Origin: Rhodospirillales bacterium
Lineage (GTDB): Bacteria; Pseudomonadota; Alphaproteobacteria; Rhodospirillales; Casp-alpha2
Direction: 5' to 3'
NCBI GenBank assembly: GCA_021775105.1
Contig: JAJFIJ010000027.1
Location: 1-55,542 of the forward strand
Length of the DNA: 55,542 bases
Shown here: piece after piece, positions 54,751-55,542 of the stretch
Numbering within the stretch: the stretch's first letter is position 1
How the letters are laid out: every line of letters begins with the position of its first letter
Position numbers and translations under genes: made by a program
Notes under the pieces: generated by a model
The model's database searches: none
What the model was told of the DNA's origin: nothing
The model's input: only the letters and a program-made list of their open reading frames with translations

Positions 54751-55164
54751 TCAACCCGCTGAAAAGACGATATCCTGTGCCCCCTGCCAGAGCACCAGTT
54801 GGCCAAATTCCATAAGGTTCTCATTTCCCTCAACAACGCTGAGGAAATGATTGCCCGCCAGATCACCCATCTTGCTGGCAAAGCTCGAGCTGCCATAGGC
54901 AAACAGGATTTCGGTTTCGCTGAAACCGCCGGGATAGAGCAGAATATCACCACGCGACGGGTGAACCGTGTGGTTTTCGAACCCAAGCCCGACATCAAAA
55001 TCGCCAAGCGGCACCCAAACCGCCTCGCCGCTCCAGCGCGAATGGATGACCTTGTTTTTGAACGGCAGCAGCTCAAGAAACCGCGCACAGGTCTCGGGTG
55101 CCGCGTCAAGCTCGAGCCTGGCCCTGAAAGCAAACGGCCCCGCCTGAATATTCAGAAATTCCAT
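54751..55164 (-). CDS. Cyclophilin-like-fold protein (DUF3830-type), unknown function
   Basis: 'FRARLELDAAPETCARFLELLP...HSRWSGEAVWVPLG...GDILLYPGG' pattern. By-eye family call. Confidence 0.6.
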   Translation of the reverse strand: MEFLNIQAGPFAFRARLELDAAPETCARFLELLPFKNKVIHSRWSGEAVWVPLGDFDVGLGFENHTVHPSRGDILLYPGGFSETEILFAYGSSSFASKMGDLAGNHFLSVVEGNENLMEFGQLVLWQGAQDIVFSAG

Positions 55165-55168
55165 ATTA

Positions 55169-55399
55169 TCACCCCCCTATTTCCTTCTCCATAAACACAC
55201 TCAGCGGATCGAGTTGATAGGCCCCGAAGGGGCCGCGTTCGGTGTAGCCGAGACTTTTGTATAGACCGAGGGCTTCGGGCTGGGCGACGCCGGTTTCGAG
55301 ACGAACGAGGCCGACCTTGTTCTCGATCAGCCGTCGCTCCAGTTCCAGCATGATCGCTTTGGAGATGCCTTGCCCGCGATGATCAGGTGTGACGAACAC
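55169..55399 (-). pseudogene. C-terminal remnant of a GNAT N-acetyltransferase
   Basis: Begins at motif A ('FVTPDHRGQGISKAIM') and runs through 'RLETGVAQPEALGLYKSLGY...LSVFMEK'. The N-terminal half of the fold is missing and the upstream sequence is an AT-rich hairpin. Confidence 0.55.
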
Positions 55400-55416
55400 C
55401 CCAGACCGTTGACAAA

Positions 55417-55448
55417 CCCCGTCATTTTTATGGCGGGGTTTTGTTTTG
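55417..55448. terminator. Hairpin with flanking T/A tracts (bidirectional terminator-like)
   Basis: CCCCGTCAT-tttt-ATGGCGGGG (9 bp, one G-T pair) followed by TTTTGTTTTG on the plus strand. On the minus strand it follows whatever gene enters from the right window edge. Confidence 0.5.
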
Positions 55449-55542
55449 ATATAAAATGGGGCTATTTGGAATTTGACCGATAGCGGTTGTCGCGGCTCAA
55501 CCGGCCTTGAGCGTAACGGGAGCCATTGCGAGAGCGATTTTT

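Noticed and set aside
54603-55133. 176-aa minus-strand ORF spanning the lrp end and the DUF3830-like gene
   Set aside because: It overlaps two better-supported genes in other frames or strands, and its product is Arg/Ser/Cys-rich without motifs.
55400-55542. Possibility that the GNAT ORF continues upstream to the window edge (the frame is open)
   Set aside because: The upstream translation lacks GNAT beta-strand features and the DNA forms an AT-rich terminator hairpin, so truncation is more likely. Two other minus-strand frames end at 55462 and 55497, and I cannot decide which, if either, is the true 3' end of the next gene.
1-55542. Search for CRISPR arrays, tRNA/rRNA genes, IS elements, integrases, toxin-antitoxin pairs and prophage genes
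   Set aside because: I saw no spaced direct-repeat array, no cloverleaf-like or rRNA-like segment, no transposase or integrase motifs, and no terminal inverted repeats flanking a block. This is by-eye inspection only, so short or degenerate elements could be missed.

Overview
This is a 55.5-kb chromosomal segment. Gene content and order (dprA-topA-rnr, rpmG, divK, hisZ-purA, rluD-rpoH) look alphaproteobacterial; a marine Rhodospirillales-like organism is my guess only. I call about 50 protein-coding genes plus two gene remnants. I found no rRNA, tRNA, CRISPR array, transposase or integrase. Housekeeping blocks alternate with four accessory blocks. (1) 12.6-15.4 kb: an ArsR-type repressor with a strong operator palindrome, a DUF318/ArsP-like permease and an MFS transporter. 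(2) 15.6-24.8 kb: an orphan sensor kinase, an unannotated small secreted ORF, a Crp/Fnr regulator, and a Tat-exported molybdopterin oxidoreductase operon in FeS-NrfD-Mo-TorD order. That operon ends in a translationally coupled periplasmic phosphatase-fold protein that appears catalytically dead. (3) 28-38.6 kb: a lipoprotein TPR-CHAT (caspase-like) protein, a fused double ABC exporter with a divergent LysR regulator, and a tail-anchored pseudokinase with a 4-TM partner. (4) 42.7-52.6 kb: a sulfur-oxidation block (FccB/SoxF-like flavoprotein, two rhodaneses, soxS-soxR, soxW, an unknown periplasmic ORF, soxXYZAB-soxV) with no soxCD in the window and a gene remnant at its left edge. Methionine gamma-lyase/Lrp and a GNAT remnant follow it. 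The best candidates for something undescribed are the oxidoreductase module with its accessory genes, the pseudokinase/membrane-protein pair, the periplasmic CHAT lipoprotein, and the unknown ORF embedded in the sox cluster. All family calls were made by eye from motifs in the translations; no database search or computation was possible.
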